A stretch of 64,000 bases of DNA from Chlorokybus atmophyticus (lineage: Eukaryota; Plantae; Mesostigma and Chlorokybus algae), in assembly GCA_009103225.1 (NCBI GenBank), contig RHPI01002714.1:41329-105328 (forward strand). The letters run 5' to 3'. Shown piece after piece: positions 36,801 through 48,200 of this stretch (position 1 is the first letter of the stretch; every line of letters begins with the position of its first letter). The notes beneath the pieces were generated by a model. It saw nothing but the letters and a program-made list of their open reading frames with translations, was not told the origin of the DNA and searched no databases. The translations under genes and the position numbers were made by a program.

Positions 36801-37516
36801 AACCACGAGAAGTAACAACACAAGCCCAACCCACCCACACACACACACATGCACCCACACACACACACCGGCACACGCACAGATGTTCAGGCAAGCAAAC
36901 AAACCAAGCAAGCAAGCGCAGGTGACCATCAGCTGCTTACCGGCGAGGGCGGCGGCACAGGACTTCCTCAACAAAGACTAGCACCGGCGGCGGCACGGGA
37001 ATTCCCCACAAGAACATGGGCTCTATCATGGCTAGCCATGGCTATGGCGGCGTGGGTGACAGCGACATGATACCCATCAGGGCTACCCATCAACTCAGGC
37101 TTGTCAGACTCACCGCCACAATCAGCAGAAATTGCAGCCTATTTGCACCGAGTTGATCAAACAGCCGTTTGGCCAGCTGTTACACCCCTCACATGCCTCT
37201 CAATTTGAGAGGCGGGTGTCAGGTAGTAGAATATCGCTCAACAGGACCGATCAGGTACGAATTAGGGTTTGGAGTTGCGGGCGGCGTGGGCGGCGGCAGT
37301 ATCAGCGGCGTGGGCGGCAGCGTCGGGGGTGACTTTGCGACTGTCAATTCTCAGTCCTCTGCTGATGCACTAGGCTTTCAGCAATGGGCTGAGACTTGAC
37401 AGGGTGCCACATTATGAAACCCTCGTCCACGCCGGTTGTGTGCATGTGGGCGTCAAGGTTGTTGCAGTTGTAGTCTTGTTTTCGAAGGCTCCGCCGCCGT
37501 CTCTCTTCCCACAGTG

Positions 37517-38689
37517 CTTCTTCCCTCGCCGCCACGCCCTTTGATCTGGTATTCCACCTCACTGTGTGTAAACCTACTTGTTGTGCAGGCTTGCTCTGGT
37601 TTGCGTATGCACAAAGGTGAGATGCTTCATTGTCTGTGCATGTGTGTGTGCATATGTGTTTGTGTGTTGACTAAGTTAGTCAACGCACGGCCAGCCTCTT
37701 CTTGCCCAGTCTCTGTTGGCATGCGCCGTCGCCTTCTTCCCTCGCCGCCACGCCCTTTGATCTGGTGTTCCACCTCACTGTGTGTAAACCTTCTTGTTGT
37801 GCAGGCTTGCTCTGGTTTGTGTATGCACAAAGGTGAGATGCTTCATTGTCTGTGCATGTGTGTGTGCATATGTGTTTGTGTGTTGACTAAGTTAGTCAAC
37901 CCACGGCCAGCCTCTTCTTGCTCAGTCTCTGTTGGCATGCGCCGTCGCCTTCTTCCCTCGCCGCCACGCCCTTTGATCTGGTATTCCACCTCACTGTGTG
38001 TAAACCTTCTTGTTGTGCAGGCTTGCTCTGGTTTGTGTATGCACAAAGTTGAGATGCTTCATTGTCTGTGCATGTGTGTGTGCATATGTGTTTGTGTGTT
38101 GACCAAGTTAGTCAACGCACGGCCAGCCTCTTCTTGCTCAGTCTCTGTTGGCATGCGCCGTCGCGTTCTTCCCTCGCCGCCACGCCCTTTGATCTGGTAT
38201 TCCACCTCACTGTGTGTAAACCTTCTTGTTGTGCAGGCTTGCTCTGGTTTGTGTATGCACAAAGTTGAGATGCTTCATTGTCTGTGCATGTGTGTGTGCA
38301 TATGTGTTTGTGTGTTGACCAAGTTAGTCAACGCACGGCCAGCCTCTTCTTGCTCAGTCTCTGTTGGCATGCGCCGTCGCCTTCTTCCCTCGCCGCCACG
38401 CCCTTTAATCTGGTATTCCACCTCACTGTGTGTAAACCTACTTGTTGTGCAGGCTTGCTCTGGTTTGCGTATGCACAAAGGTGAGATGCTTCATTGTCTG
38501 TGCATGTGTGTGTGCATATGTGTTTGTGTGTTGACTAAGTTAGTCAACGCACGGCCAGCCTCTTCTTGCCCAGTCTGTATTGGCATGCGCCGTCGCCTTC
38601 TTCCCTCGCCGCCACGCCCTTTAATCTGGTATTCCACCTCAGTGTGTGTAAACCTTCTTGTTGTGCAGGCTTGCTCTGGTTTGTGTATG
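37517..38689. repeat. 216-bp tandem array, ~5.4 copies
   Basis: Unit starts at 37517, 37733, 37949, 38165, 38381, 38597. Near-identical ORFs spaced 216 bp apart in the ORF track. Confidence 0.95.
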
Positions 38690-40119
38690 TCTGTGTTGGC
38701 ATGCATGCTTGTGCATATCGGCTTGGCTGCGCCACGACGTGTGAGAGCTGCGGCAAACCGTTGCCGACTTGCGCAGGAAGGTATGACTTGCACTATCTGT
38801 AAGCTGCTGATATCTGTTGGTAGCATGCATTGTGACCAAACTCTAGCAACGCAGGTGTCTGCACAGCGTTTAGAGATAGACAGGCTTGGTGTAGAACTGG
38901 AGGATGTTATAGCGGAGAATGTACGTGCCGCCCGCTACAAGTACAAGTTTCATTGCATGCGCTATCGCATCCGGAGGGTGCCCGATCTCCCCGATATCGT
39001 GAGGGAGGTTATTTACAACCTCTTCCTGACACTCGCTGCATCCGATAGCGAGCCGTCGGAGTATACCGAGGCCACCATGGGAGACTACGACAGCGATGGT
39101 CACGGCTATGACTACTCTAATTGAGTCAGCAGCAGTTTTCACCTTGTACATAGCTGCTCTATCAAGGCTTGCTGTTGAGGTTCCAGTAGGCCCCTAGCTG
39201 CTCGATCAGTGGGCCATAAGACCAGTTCCAATAGGCCAGTGGCGTTGTATACATGTGCTTCCTGCTTGCCTGCAATGAGAACCTGCTGTTATAGCGGCTG
39301 CTGTCTGTGCATACGGGGTACTCCATCACACGCATGTCTTGCGTATTCTATACGCAACATGCTTACATGACAGTCTGTTACATGTCTAATGCATGCGCAT
39401 ATGCACGCCACATTGAGGAAAATAGCGGCGCCCCAAATCAACACACACCGTGCACCAGCCGTCACATTAACCAGCAACACCAGGCACAACCACAACAACT
39501 ACAGCTAGGGGGGCTGGTCTAGTGCAAGTGCTGGAATTGTATGTGCACTTGTATCACGCACAAAATTACACAACCTTCACATGTGCAACTACTGTCTTTG
39601 TTTCCATGTGGTTGTTCTATAGTGACGGCCTATACCTGGTTGCTGCATATAGGACTACCTGGTGCAATTCATACCCTCTACATGCAGTTTTACAGATGGA
39701 TCGATTGCACCCAATTTGCAATACATCATTCAATGACCCTTGCCCAGTACAGCGCCGCCTGATGCGCGGTACAGGGTTGCTTCAATGAATAGTGCACGGT
39801 TGTAGGGTTTAGAGTTGAGCACCTGCAGTAGTGCAGCATTTTTTGCGTGACGTGGTCTGAGGCGGCGGTTGTGGCGGCGGTGGCGGCGGCCGGTGGTGGC
39901 GGCGGTGTGAGCGGGAGGCGGTGTGGTTGCTGTGGTGGTGTACTGCAAGCCTTTTCGCATCGGTGCTCCAACCGCTTTGTGTAGATCTCTTGCAGCTTCA
40001 TACGCAGCTTGGTAGGGTTTGAAGAATTCGCAAGCCAGGTGTAGTGCATGCCGCGCTCCTCTTTATTTGCGCTTGTTTTGCTGACCGCTCTCAAGGCCCA
40101 TTCTTGCTCATGCTGATCG

Positions 40120-40445
40120 TAGGGGGCAGCCTCGTGCGTAAGGCCCCTGCATGCTCAGGCTATGTTGCAGCAAATTTTGTCTTGCATGTCGTCTTTTGTA
40201 CGCCTCTGTTCATGCTGACCTCATGGGGCAGCCTCGTGCGTAAGGCCCCTACATGCTCATGCTAACCTCATGGGGCAGCCTCGTGCAAAAGGCCCCTGCA
40301 TGCTCATGCTGACCTCATGGGGCAGCCTCGTGCGTAAGGCCCCTGCATGCTCATGCTGACCTCAAGCAAACCTTGTCTTGCATGTTGTCAATTCACGCCT
40401 CTGTTCATGCTGACCTCATGGGGCAGCCTCGTGCGTACGCCCCTG
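40120..40445. repeat. ~47-bp-unit repeats carrying GGGGCAGCCTCGTGCGTAAGGCC (five copies)
   Basis: Reverse complement of the motif repeated at 35.4-36.8 kb. Confidence 0.85.
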
Positions 40446-40835
40446 CTTGCTTAGTTCCAAACTTGGCTCACTTGATCACTTCGTGTCTGCTTGTAAGTTT
40501 CTCTGTGTGTGTCGACACAGGTTGTTCATAATGGCACCAAAGCAGAAGGTCTTGCCAAGTGGTCAGCAGCAGCGTGCAGGTACTCTTGGAATGTGTAAAC
40601 TTTCTCACACCAACTCGTGCTCATATCGGTCATTGCAACCAGGAATAGAGGTGAAGAAGCCGCAGATCCGGGCAAACAAGACCGACGAAGAGGTTTTCAA
40701 TGATTTCAAGGCCCTTTGCGTATGTTATGCAAAAGTATGGAGAGAGGAAAAGGAAGACTGCCCTACATGGGAAGAGCTGGTGGTTAAATACAAGCAGCGG
40801 TTGGAAAAAGCTGATTTGCTCGCCCTCTCGCATGA

Positions 40836-41894
40836 ATGGAGAGTCAAGTTCAATCAGTTCTGCGGCGGCAGCTCAGCAAGCTGTGTGACAAGCAGGCAGT
40901 AGCTGCGAGTATTGACCTTGGGAACTTTGTTGGAGAACCTGAAGCTGAAGTGGGCACATCAACGGGTCGTGCATCTATTGGTGGTCGTTGGGAGTCTGGT
41001 CTACCTCCTCCACAACCGGGCGATGAGGCGAAGCTAATTGGGCTGCTGCTGCATGAGACAAAGCTGCGGCTCTTTGACGCCTATGCTGATGGCAACTGCT
41101 TCTACTCTTGCATTGCCCAGTCGCGCCCTCCCGTCAACGCTGCGTGCCTGGAACGCGTGGGCGCAATCAAGAACGAGGCGTTCTGGCGAAGCATCGTGCT
41201 GGACAACGGCAAAGAGCTGCATACGAGAGATCAAGCTGCCAAGTTGCGCAAGATGTGTGCTGACCAGGTCACCGTTCGTTGGTTACGGACGTATCGTAAC
41301 TACGGGGTCTCTGGTGACATGGGCGAGGACTACAAGAAGGCCGCCAAGAAATTCCGGGTAACAACGATTCTCGATGGAAAAGATGAAGGTGATGCAGCTG
41401 TTGTTGCTCTGAAGAAAGTGATCGGTCATGAGGGTGTTTATGCGGACCAACTACAATTGGCGCTGCTGGCGCACACACTGGGCATTCGCATTGGCACCGT
41501 GCAGCTCAAGGAGGTTGGTGACTGCAAGTACATCCTAGAAGCGGAGGACAAGGGGGTACTCAGCAAAGGGGATGACGGGAGGTATTATAAACTTGATGAC
41601 AAAGGAAAGCTGCAGTATATCAAGCTTGTGGTGCTGATCGGCGAGGATGTTCAGAAAGTGGCTGGCCATGTGATTATTGGCAATACAGACGCGAGCAAGG
41701 CCTGCGCGCATTACATGTCTCTTGGCGATGCGAGTGGTAGGCTCTCATGGCAGCTCTGTGACATGCCACCGGAAGTCTTGCGCTGCATGTACCTTGATGG
41801 TCCTCCGCAATCAGCACCTAGTGCCAAATCGGCGCCACTCCAGGCGCCTACATTTCAAGTAGACTTCCTGTGCAATCGCAAGCTGTGTGTGTAA
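40836..41894 (+). CDS. OTU-like cysteine protease cargo (probable 5' exons from ~40530)
   Basis: AYADGNCFYSCI, VYADQLQLALLAHTLGIRIG, CAHYMSL...SWQLCDMPPEV. Paralog of 15537-16850. Confidence 0.7.
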   Translation: MESQVQSVLRRQLSKLCDKQAVAASIDLGNFVGEPEAEVGTSTGRASIGGRWESGLPPPQPGDEAKLIGLLLHETKLRLFDAYADGNCFYSCIAQSRPPVNAACLERVGAIKNEAFWRSIVLDNGKELHTRDQAAKLRKMCADQVTVRWLRTYRNYGVSGDMGEDYKKAAKKFRVTTILDGKDEGDAAVVALKKVIGHEGVYADQLQLALLAHTLGIRIGTVQLKEVGDCKYILEAEDKGVLSKGDDGRYYKLDDKGKLQYIKLVVLIGEDVQKVAGHVIIGNTDASKACAHYMSLGDASGRLSWQLCDMPPEVLRCMYLDGPPQSAPSAKSAPLQAPTFQVDFLCNRKLCV

Positions 41895-43162
41895 AAGAGG
41901 CTGAGGCCCAGGCCAAGGGAGAAGGCAAGGTTGAGACCCAGGCAATCGCGAAGGTCCAAAAGCCAAAGCTGAGGATGGGTCCAGAGTGCATAAAGAAGGT
42001 CGAGGCCAGCTTGAAGCAGCAAGCACAGGCCAAGGCTAGGCAGGAGCAGGCTGAGGCCAAGGCCAGGCAGGCGGGCGAGGCGAAGACCAAGGCTGATGCT
42101 GAAGCCAAGGCCAGGCAGGAGCAGGCTGAGACTGAAGCCAGGGCCAGGCAAGAGCAGGCTGAGGCCAAGGCCAGGCAGGCGAGCGAGGCGAAGACCAAGG
42201 CTGATGCTGAAGCCAAGGCCAAGCAGGAGCAGGCTGAGACTGAAGCCAGGGCCAGGCAGGAGCAGGCTGAGATTGAAGCCAGGGTCAGGCAGGAGCAGGT
42301 TGAGACTGAAGCCAGGGCCAGGCAGGAGCAGCCTGAGGCCAAGGCCAAGCAGGCACATGTCAACCAAGAGATTGAGGTGGAAGTCCAGAATCAGGCGGAA
42401 CCCATGAGCTCAGCTGATGGACAGGTGAGCACTGTCATGCTGTCTGCGTGCAAGAGCAAGTGTGGAGTTGCGCAATGTGGCACCGAGCTTGATGTTATGC
42501 ATGGCAATGAGAGCTCTTCTGATGAATCTGGCACATCAACCAGTAGTCTTTCCTCTGGTGTTCCTCGTCGTGCCACCACAAGCAAGAAGCGCAAACGCCG
42601 TCGTACTCGCAGCCGAGCTCCTGCGCAGATAGACAACACCCCTGCCGGCGCTTTTAAGAAGCTGCGCCATCTGCGGCAGGCAGGTCGCAAAGTGGAGGAG
42701 TTTCACGCGCAGTTCGAACATTTGTGTATGGTTGCCAACGCGACAGCGCTGCAGGTGGATGATGCCCTCGAACTACAGCTTTTTCTCAAGGGGCTTAGGA
42801 AAGGAGTGCGCAATTGCGTCGCGAAGGGTCCTTTGAACCAGGATTGGCGGGATGACCAGTTCAACGAGCTTGTGCGCACTTGCAAGCAAAACAAAAACGA
42901 GCTGAATGAGACTTTGCAAAAGCACCATCTCAATCGAGAGAATTTTTCCGCACGCAAAGCAAACCCCATCGAGATGTTAAAGTTGCAAAAACGCGAACAC
43001 ATTGATGATCGGCGGCAGAGCAAGAAACTGGCCAAGAAACGTCAACATGAGCGTGAGCGAGCAGTGATAGGTCAGCAACTAACACTCGAGCAGCAGGAGC
43101 AGCTGAAGCAGCAACTCTTTCAGGAGCGTGAGCAGAAGCGGCAGCAACGGAAGCAACAGTGA
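41870..43162 (+). CDS. Ala/Glu/Lys/Gln coiled-coil repeats plus a retrotransposon Gag-like segment; probably the frameshifted C-terminal half of the OTU gene
   Basis: EQAE(A/T)(K/E)ARARQ repeats at ~42030-42350 and LRHLRQAGRKVEEFHAQFEHL...LQLFLKGLRKGVR. Overlaps the OTU ORF end by 25 nt in another frame. Confidence 0.55.
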   Translation: MQSQAVCVKEAEAQAKGEGKVETQAIAKVQKPKLRMGPECIKKVEASLKQQAQAKARQEQAEAKARQAGEAKTKADAEAKARQEQAETEARARQEQAEAKARQASEAKTKADAEAKAKQEQAETEARARQEQAEIEARVRQEQVETEARARQEQPEAKAKQAHVNQEIEVEVQNQAEPMSSADGQVSTVMLSACKSKCGVAQCGTELDVMHGNESSSDESGTSTSSLSSGVPRRATTSKKRKRRRTRSRAPAQIDNTPAGAFKKLRHLRQAGRKVEEFHAQFEHLCMVANATALQVDDALELQLFLKGLRKGVRNCVAKGPLNQDWRDDQFNELVRTCKQNKNELNETLQKHHLNRENFSARKANPIEMLKLQKREHIDDRRQSKKLAKKRQHERERAVIGQQLTLEQQEQLKQQLFQEREQKRQQRKQQ

Positions 43163-43316
43163 TAGCAGGAGAAGGAGCAGCGGAAGCAGCGGCGCGAGCA
43201 CAAAGAGCAGCAGCAGCGGCAACCTTAGTGAAAACTTACCATTCTGCAGGTGTGATCACAAATGAGACCTCTGTGGCAATCAAGAGAGCTTACAACTGCA
43301 AAGTCCTCTACGTGTC

Positions 43317-43632
43317 TCAGTAAAAAGGAGGGTAATCGACATTGAAACCTATCGCTTCCAGCAACAGCCTGCCTACATGTTCAGAGTAAGTAGGTGGAAT
43401 AGCATTCTTGATTTCCGATTCCGCATCCATCCACTCCACCAGCATGGCAAACTGCCACCCTGCAAGCGTACCACGGCAAGATGCTTGGCCGTATACCGGG
43501 TACATTTGCCTCTCCCCAGGTAGCAACTGCCGGCGCTGCTCCGGGTGGGTGGCCAGCTCTCCAAGTGCAGAACCAGTGTGGTTGCATTCTAAGTCTGAGC
43601 GCAGTGGAGGGTTTGTTTCGAAGATGCGATGG

Positions 43633-43678
<46 letters not shown>

Positions 43679-45026
43679 CCAACTTGAACATGCTGCCACA
43701 CAGCTTCAGGTGAGTTGTCATGTGTCCTGACGCGCCTGCGACATTCTCTATCACCCATGCCTTGCCGCTTGACTGCAACTTGGCTCTTATGGGGTCAATC
43801 AGGTTAACGTGATCCCATCGATATCCGTATGCGGACCGTTGTGTCGTGGGAATGGCTCCACTAAGAGCTTGGCATGGAGGACTTGCCCACACTGCATTGT
43901 ATGCTGACAGGTCAGCGCCCATTGCATCCATCTGGGGGAACTTGAATGGATATGCCGGCTGTGGCTTAATGTCTATACCCTCAACATCAAACCCAGCCCT
44001 GTACAGACCCGTAGCAACGCCACCGGCACCACAAAAGAGATCCAATGCGCGTGGCCTGTAACGTCTACCGCTTGAGTCGCATGGTGTGCGAGTTACGAGA
44101 AGGGGTGGTGGCCTGGGCCAACGATCGAGCTCGCGACCAGGCAAGTCTTGCAGTCTCAGACAGCTTTGACCACCAACTCGAACCATCACTGCAACGACAT
44201 CTTGCATGTTGTAACCCTCACGCACAGCTGCGATGTTCCAGTTTTTCAACAAGATGTGGTGCAGCCGCGGATCCTCATCGTAATTGTCGTACTTGATGGT
44301 ATGTTTTCCTGAGCCACATGTTTTACTGAGCCAGTGCTTGCGTGAACACGCGCGCGTACATCACATACTCTGCATTATTTGGACACATGTACCTGTGTTG
44401 GCATTGAAAGTGATCATGCGGCCTGCATACCAGGTGCTCATTCCAGGCCAGTATACCACGACGCGGCTTGCTTCCGAAGACTGCCCCTCATCAACAACCT
44501 CCTTTCGCCACGCAGTTATTATCGCGGTATCGTCAACTGCGTCAACTACTGCTACATTCCCCTTCAACATTGAAGAGTGAGTTGCTTACGTATGAGAGCG
44601 CTGTTTGTGCGCCAGGACAGGACAGTTCAACTCACTTTGTTGTTGTGATCATCTTGGACTGTGGACTTGCCGCGACCGTTGCGCGCGAGCTGACGTCGCA
44701 CCACATCACACTCCTGCCCATCCTGATATGCTCCAGGCCGGGCCCAAGGCAGGTGATCCATGGGCTCGCCGTCCCACTCAAACTTGGAGAGCGAGCATTG
44801 CAGGCAAGTGCATTCCTCGACAAAGAAGTCTGGCTTCATGCATTTTGCTAGAAGCCTGCACTGCCTCACATTATCTCCCCGGGCCTTATGGTGCCAGCAG
44901 GCTTCATAGAAGCCATACCGCTCACTATACAGCTTGCACTTCTCTTCATGCTGTTGCAGCCGTTTCAAGTTGCCGTTTTCTAACCAAGTATGCTCTGCAG
45001 AAACTGCACACCTTGACGCCGCGCAT
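43317..45026 (-). pseudogene. Cys/His Zn module-Tudor-C5 DNA methyltransferase, diverged paralog in the En/Spm element
   Basis: DLFCGAGG, WASPPCQ, IENV, RHRIFE, NAIPP. Tudor VVYWPGMSTWYAG...GKHTIKYD forms after removing intron 44309-44392. Carries a 36-nt (TA)n in-frame insertion and an apparent +1 frameshift at ~44981. Confidence 0.85.
43635..43673. repeat. (TA)n microsatellite inside the MTase coding sequence
   Basis: 39-nt AT run translated as YIYIYIYIYIYIY just before RHR. Confidence 0.95.
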
Positions 45027-45296
45027 ACTGCCGCCACGCAACTTACCATTCAAACCCTAGTAGCTGATGCACTTCACGGAAGAAAAGCTGGAGCACGTAC
45101 GAAAATTACGGAGCACATCCGGATTGAAGCCGCGGCTTATACTTGATCTAGCTTTCAATTTGTGATTGACGGTTCCAAACTCTAGTTCTACAACAGCGAT
45201 GTTAGAGCGGCGGCGAAGGCGGCGGTATCAGCGGCGGCGGCGGCGGTATCAGGTCAGGGCTCTAGATAGTTTGGTGGTTGTATGCCAGGATAATAG

Positions 45297-48200
45297 TTGA
45301 CTAAACATCTTTGTAGCATGAGCTACAATCGCAGGTGTTTCTGCAAAGATTGCCAAGGGAGCAAAGTGTTCACACACAAGCACATCACTAGGGCCAAAAA
45401 CCATGAGTACCATGGCACAAAGATGTGGATGGGCACTCCTAAAGCTGTTGAACCGCAATACTGTGATCTTCTCGAACCCGATGAACTTGAAGAAGCTGAC
45501 GCTGTTATTGCTGCTGCATCCTCGCACATGCTGTCAGGTACAAGAGTAATCTTCCTGAGTTGGTGTACTTCACCAACAGGCTTTCTGATTACCAACCTTG
45601 TCTGCTTCAGATGATGCTGTCCATCACACTGAAACACTTCATGCATGGAACTACGCTGCTGAACAACTGCACCCAGCCACGCCATCGCAAACGAGTGTTG
45701 CATCCCATGTCAATGTTGCACATCACATGCGCCCAGCAGGTTCGACCTAATCTAATTGCAAGTTGATTGCTTACGTCATTGTCCATGCGCCAGTGCATTT
45801 ATTTGCGTTTGCAGGATGTCATCCGTGTGATCATGGGGAACAGAGCGAATTGCACCCAGCATTCTCTGGAAGTGAGCATCATGTATTGCGAGGACATCAA
45901 GGTGCCAGAACTCCAGAATACACAGTTCCGAACGAGCATGATATGCCAGCGCACTCCCCCTCAACCGCTGATCAAGTACATGCGGAGCAAGTTGATGGTG
46001 ATGGTGATGGCGTAGAACAAGACTCCGATACCGATGTGGAGTCGCAGCAGTATGACACTCATGGTGATGACGATGCAATGCTGCTTGACAAGGTGAATGC
46101 TGCGCTGTTGGACAATGCAAGCAACCCTATCGTTGCCGGCTCTCGTACAACCCCCTTGGGCATTTCCATGCTGCTATTGGTTCTCGCTCGGCTACATCGA
46201 ATACCCTTCAACTTTATGAACAAACTGCTAAGGTTGGTGGACAAGAGGTTTGCAAAATTATACAAAACACATTCTGCAAAGACATCAATGTCCAATTTCC
46301 AATTGAACTTGACTTTGTGTGCCAGGTTGGTGCGTGATGTTGTTTTGCCCAAGGAGAATCAGATGCTAGGCAGCATGCAAGAGCTACTAAAATGCCTTGC
46401 AAGCCTCAACATGGGCTTCCACGCGTATGACGCCTGTTGGTGTGACCAGATGGTGTATTATGGCCGACATGCCAACAGGAAATTCTGCAAAGGTCAGCTA
46501 TTGTAGCATTTCTTGTCTGATTGAGTTGTCATGGGATCACCTGTCAGCATGCAAACTTCCTATGGCCTGCAGTCTGCAAGGCCCCTCGCCACCGCAACAT
46601 TGGAGGTCGACAAGTTCCTTGGAAGATTGCACGTTACTTTGACGTGCCTGCTGCTCTGAGGTCTCTTTACCTTAAGCCTAGTGTCGCTTTGGAGATTACA
46701 GAGCACACCAATCGCAGTGAGGATGGGGTTATAAGATTGATACACGGTATGTATATGGCAGTGTGGATTGACAAGTTGATGCCCAATGCAGCCTGAATTC
46801 TTATATGTTTACTATTATTCATGTGGTTGCTGCTGTCAGACTCGCCAATGTTCAAGCATACAGAAGAACGCTACATCCGGTTTATCAAAGAACCGCGTAA
46901 TGTGCGGCTGGCAATGTTTATTAACGGGATGAGCTCTTTCAAAGATCCGCACAAAGGTAGTGATTGTGCCTTTTACCTGTGCTGTCATTGCAGTGTGTAA
47001 ATTCACCGTTGGCATTGATCGAGATGTTTGTGGACTTGCAGGGACTTATGAATTTTGGCTTGTCACAATCTCTGTGCTGAACCTGCCCATTGCCAGAATG
47101 CACAAAACCGACACCTACCTTTCTAGCTACGGTGATACCTGGTCCCAAACAGCCACAGAATCTACAGGCCTATCTCAAGCCAATCATTGACCAATTGGGA
47201 ACCCTTTGGGAAGATATGATTTCAATGTAGTTTGAACAAGCCAGCTCTCAAAAAATTAGACATGCTCTCAAACTGCTTTGGATTGGAATGTGTAGGGCAT
47301 CTCAGCTGCTGGTGTTTGTTGTAGGCATCGACATATATGACAGCCACCGCGACGAAGTTTTCTGGTGCAGATCTATCTTGGAGATTGTAATCCATGATTA
47401 CCCAGGTACGCAAGCAGCAAGTGTTGGCCATCAGTGTCTATGAATGTACTATCTGACTGGTATGGCAACCATGTTTGCCTTCTCTAAAACATGTAATGAT
47501 GGTTGCGCAGCTCTGGCAAAAGCAGCTATGTAGATGGCTCATGGAGCCATCTTTGGCTGTTCCAAATGCGAGTGCAGTGGAGAACATGTGGAACTCCTCA
47601 AAAAGGTGATTTATCAAGGCTATTGCCGGTACTTACCAGATGACCATCCCTACCGAGTTGATGAGCGTTGGCCCCAACCAGAACACAGACCTCCACCTCC
47701 CATGCGGACTGCAGAAAGTGTGTACCGGTGAGCAATCAATCATTTGACATAGCTGAACGTAGCTATGTCAATCAAGCATCACCAATGGATGCCATGTGAT
47801 CAGGTACGCCATGACATCCCGCAACAGCAGCGACCACTTCATTCCAAGAAACATCCTTCAAAGTCCTCCAGAATCCTTGGCCTAAGCTGTTTTCACGACC
47901 TTCCCTATTGGATGCCTTTACAAAAATCTGTAAAAGGTCATGTGATTGGCCCTATGCACATTTTTGCCAATCTCGCAACTAATTTGGCCAATCTGCTTGC
48001 TAGATTGCGCGACAGCAATGAGACTCGAGAAGATCTGCAGCAGCAAGGTCGTATGCCAGAACTCTGGCTACAGGTATTGCAGGCTTATGCGACACTTGTG
48101 ATGACTGCCTGCCAACTCGTGTGACTTTGTGATGATGCGTTGCAGACAGAGATGATGGCGAAAGACGGAAAGGAAGTTGCAGTTAAGGTCAAACCTCAGG

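Noticed and set aside
37517-38689. CRISPR-like array or other repeat-spacer system (also checked 20910-21290 and 40120-40445)
   Set aside because: The units are whole-length tandem duplicates with no unique spacers, there are no cas genes, and the context is eukaryotic.
37436-39124. 562-aa ORF
   Set aside because: Mostly a read-through of the 216-bp (72-codon) tandem array with Cys/Val-rich low-complexity translation. Only the last ~120 codons could be real coding sequence.
41848-42407. TolA-like or Leu/Cys-rich repeat proteins from the minus-strand and alternate-frame ORFs
   Set aside because: Shadow frames of the AEAKARQ repeat; similarity would be compositional only.
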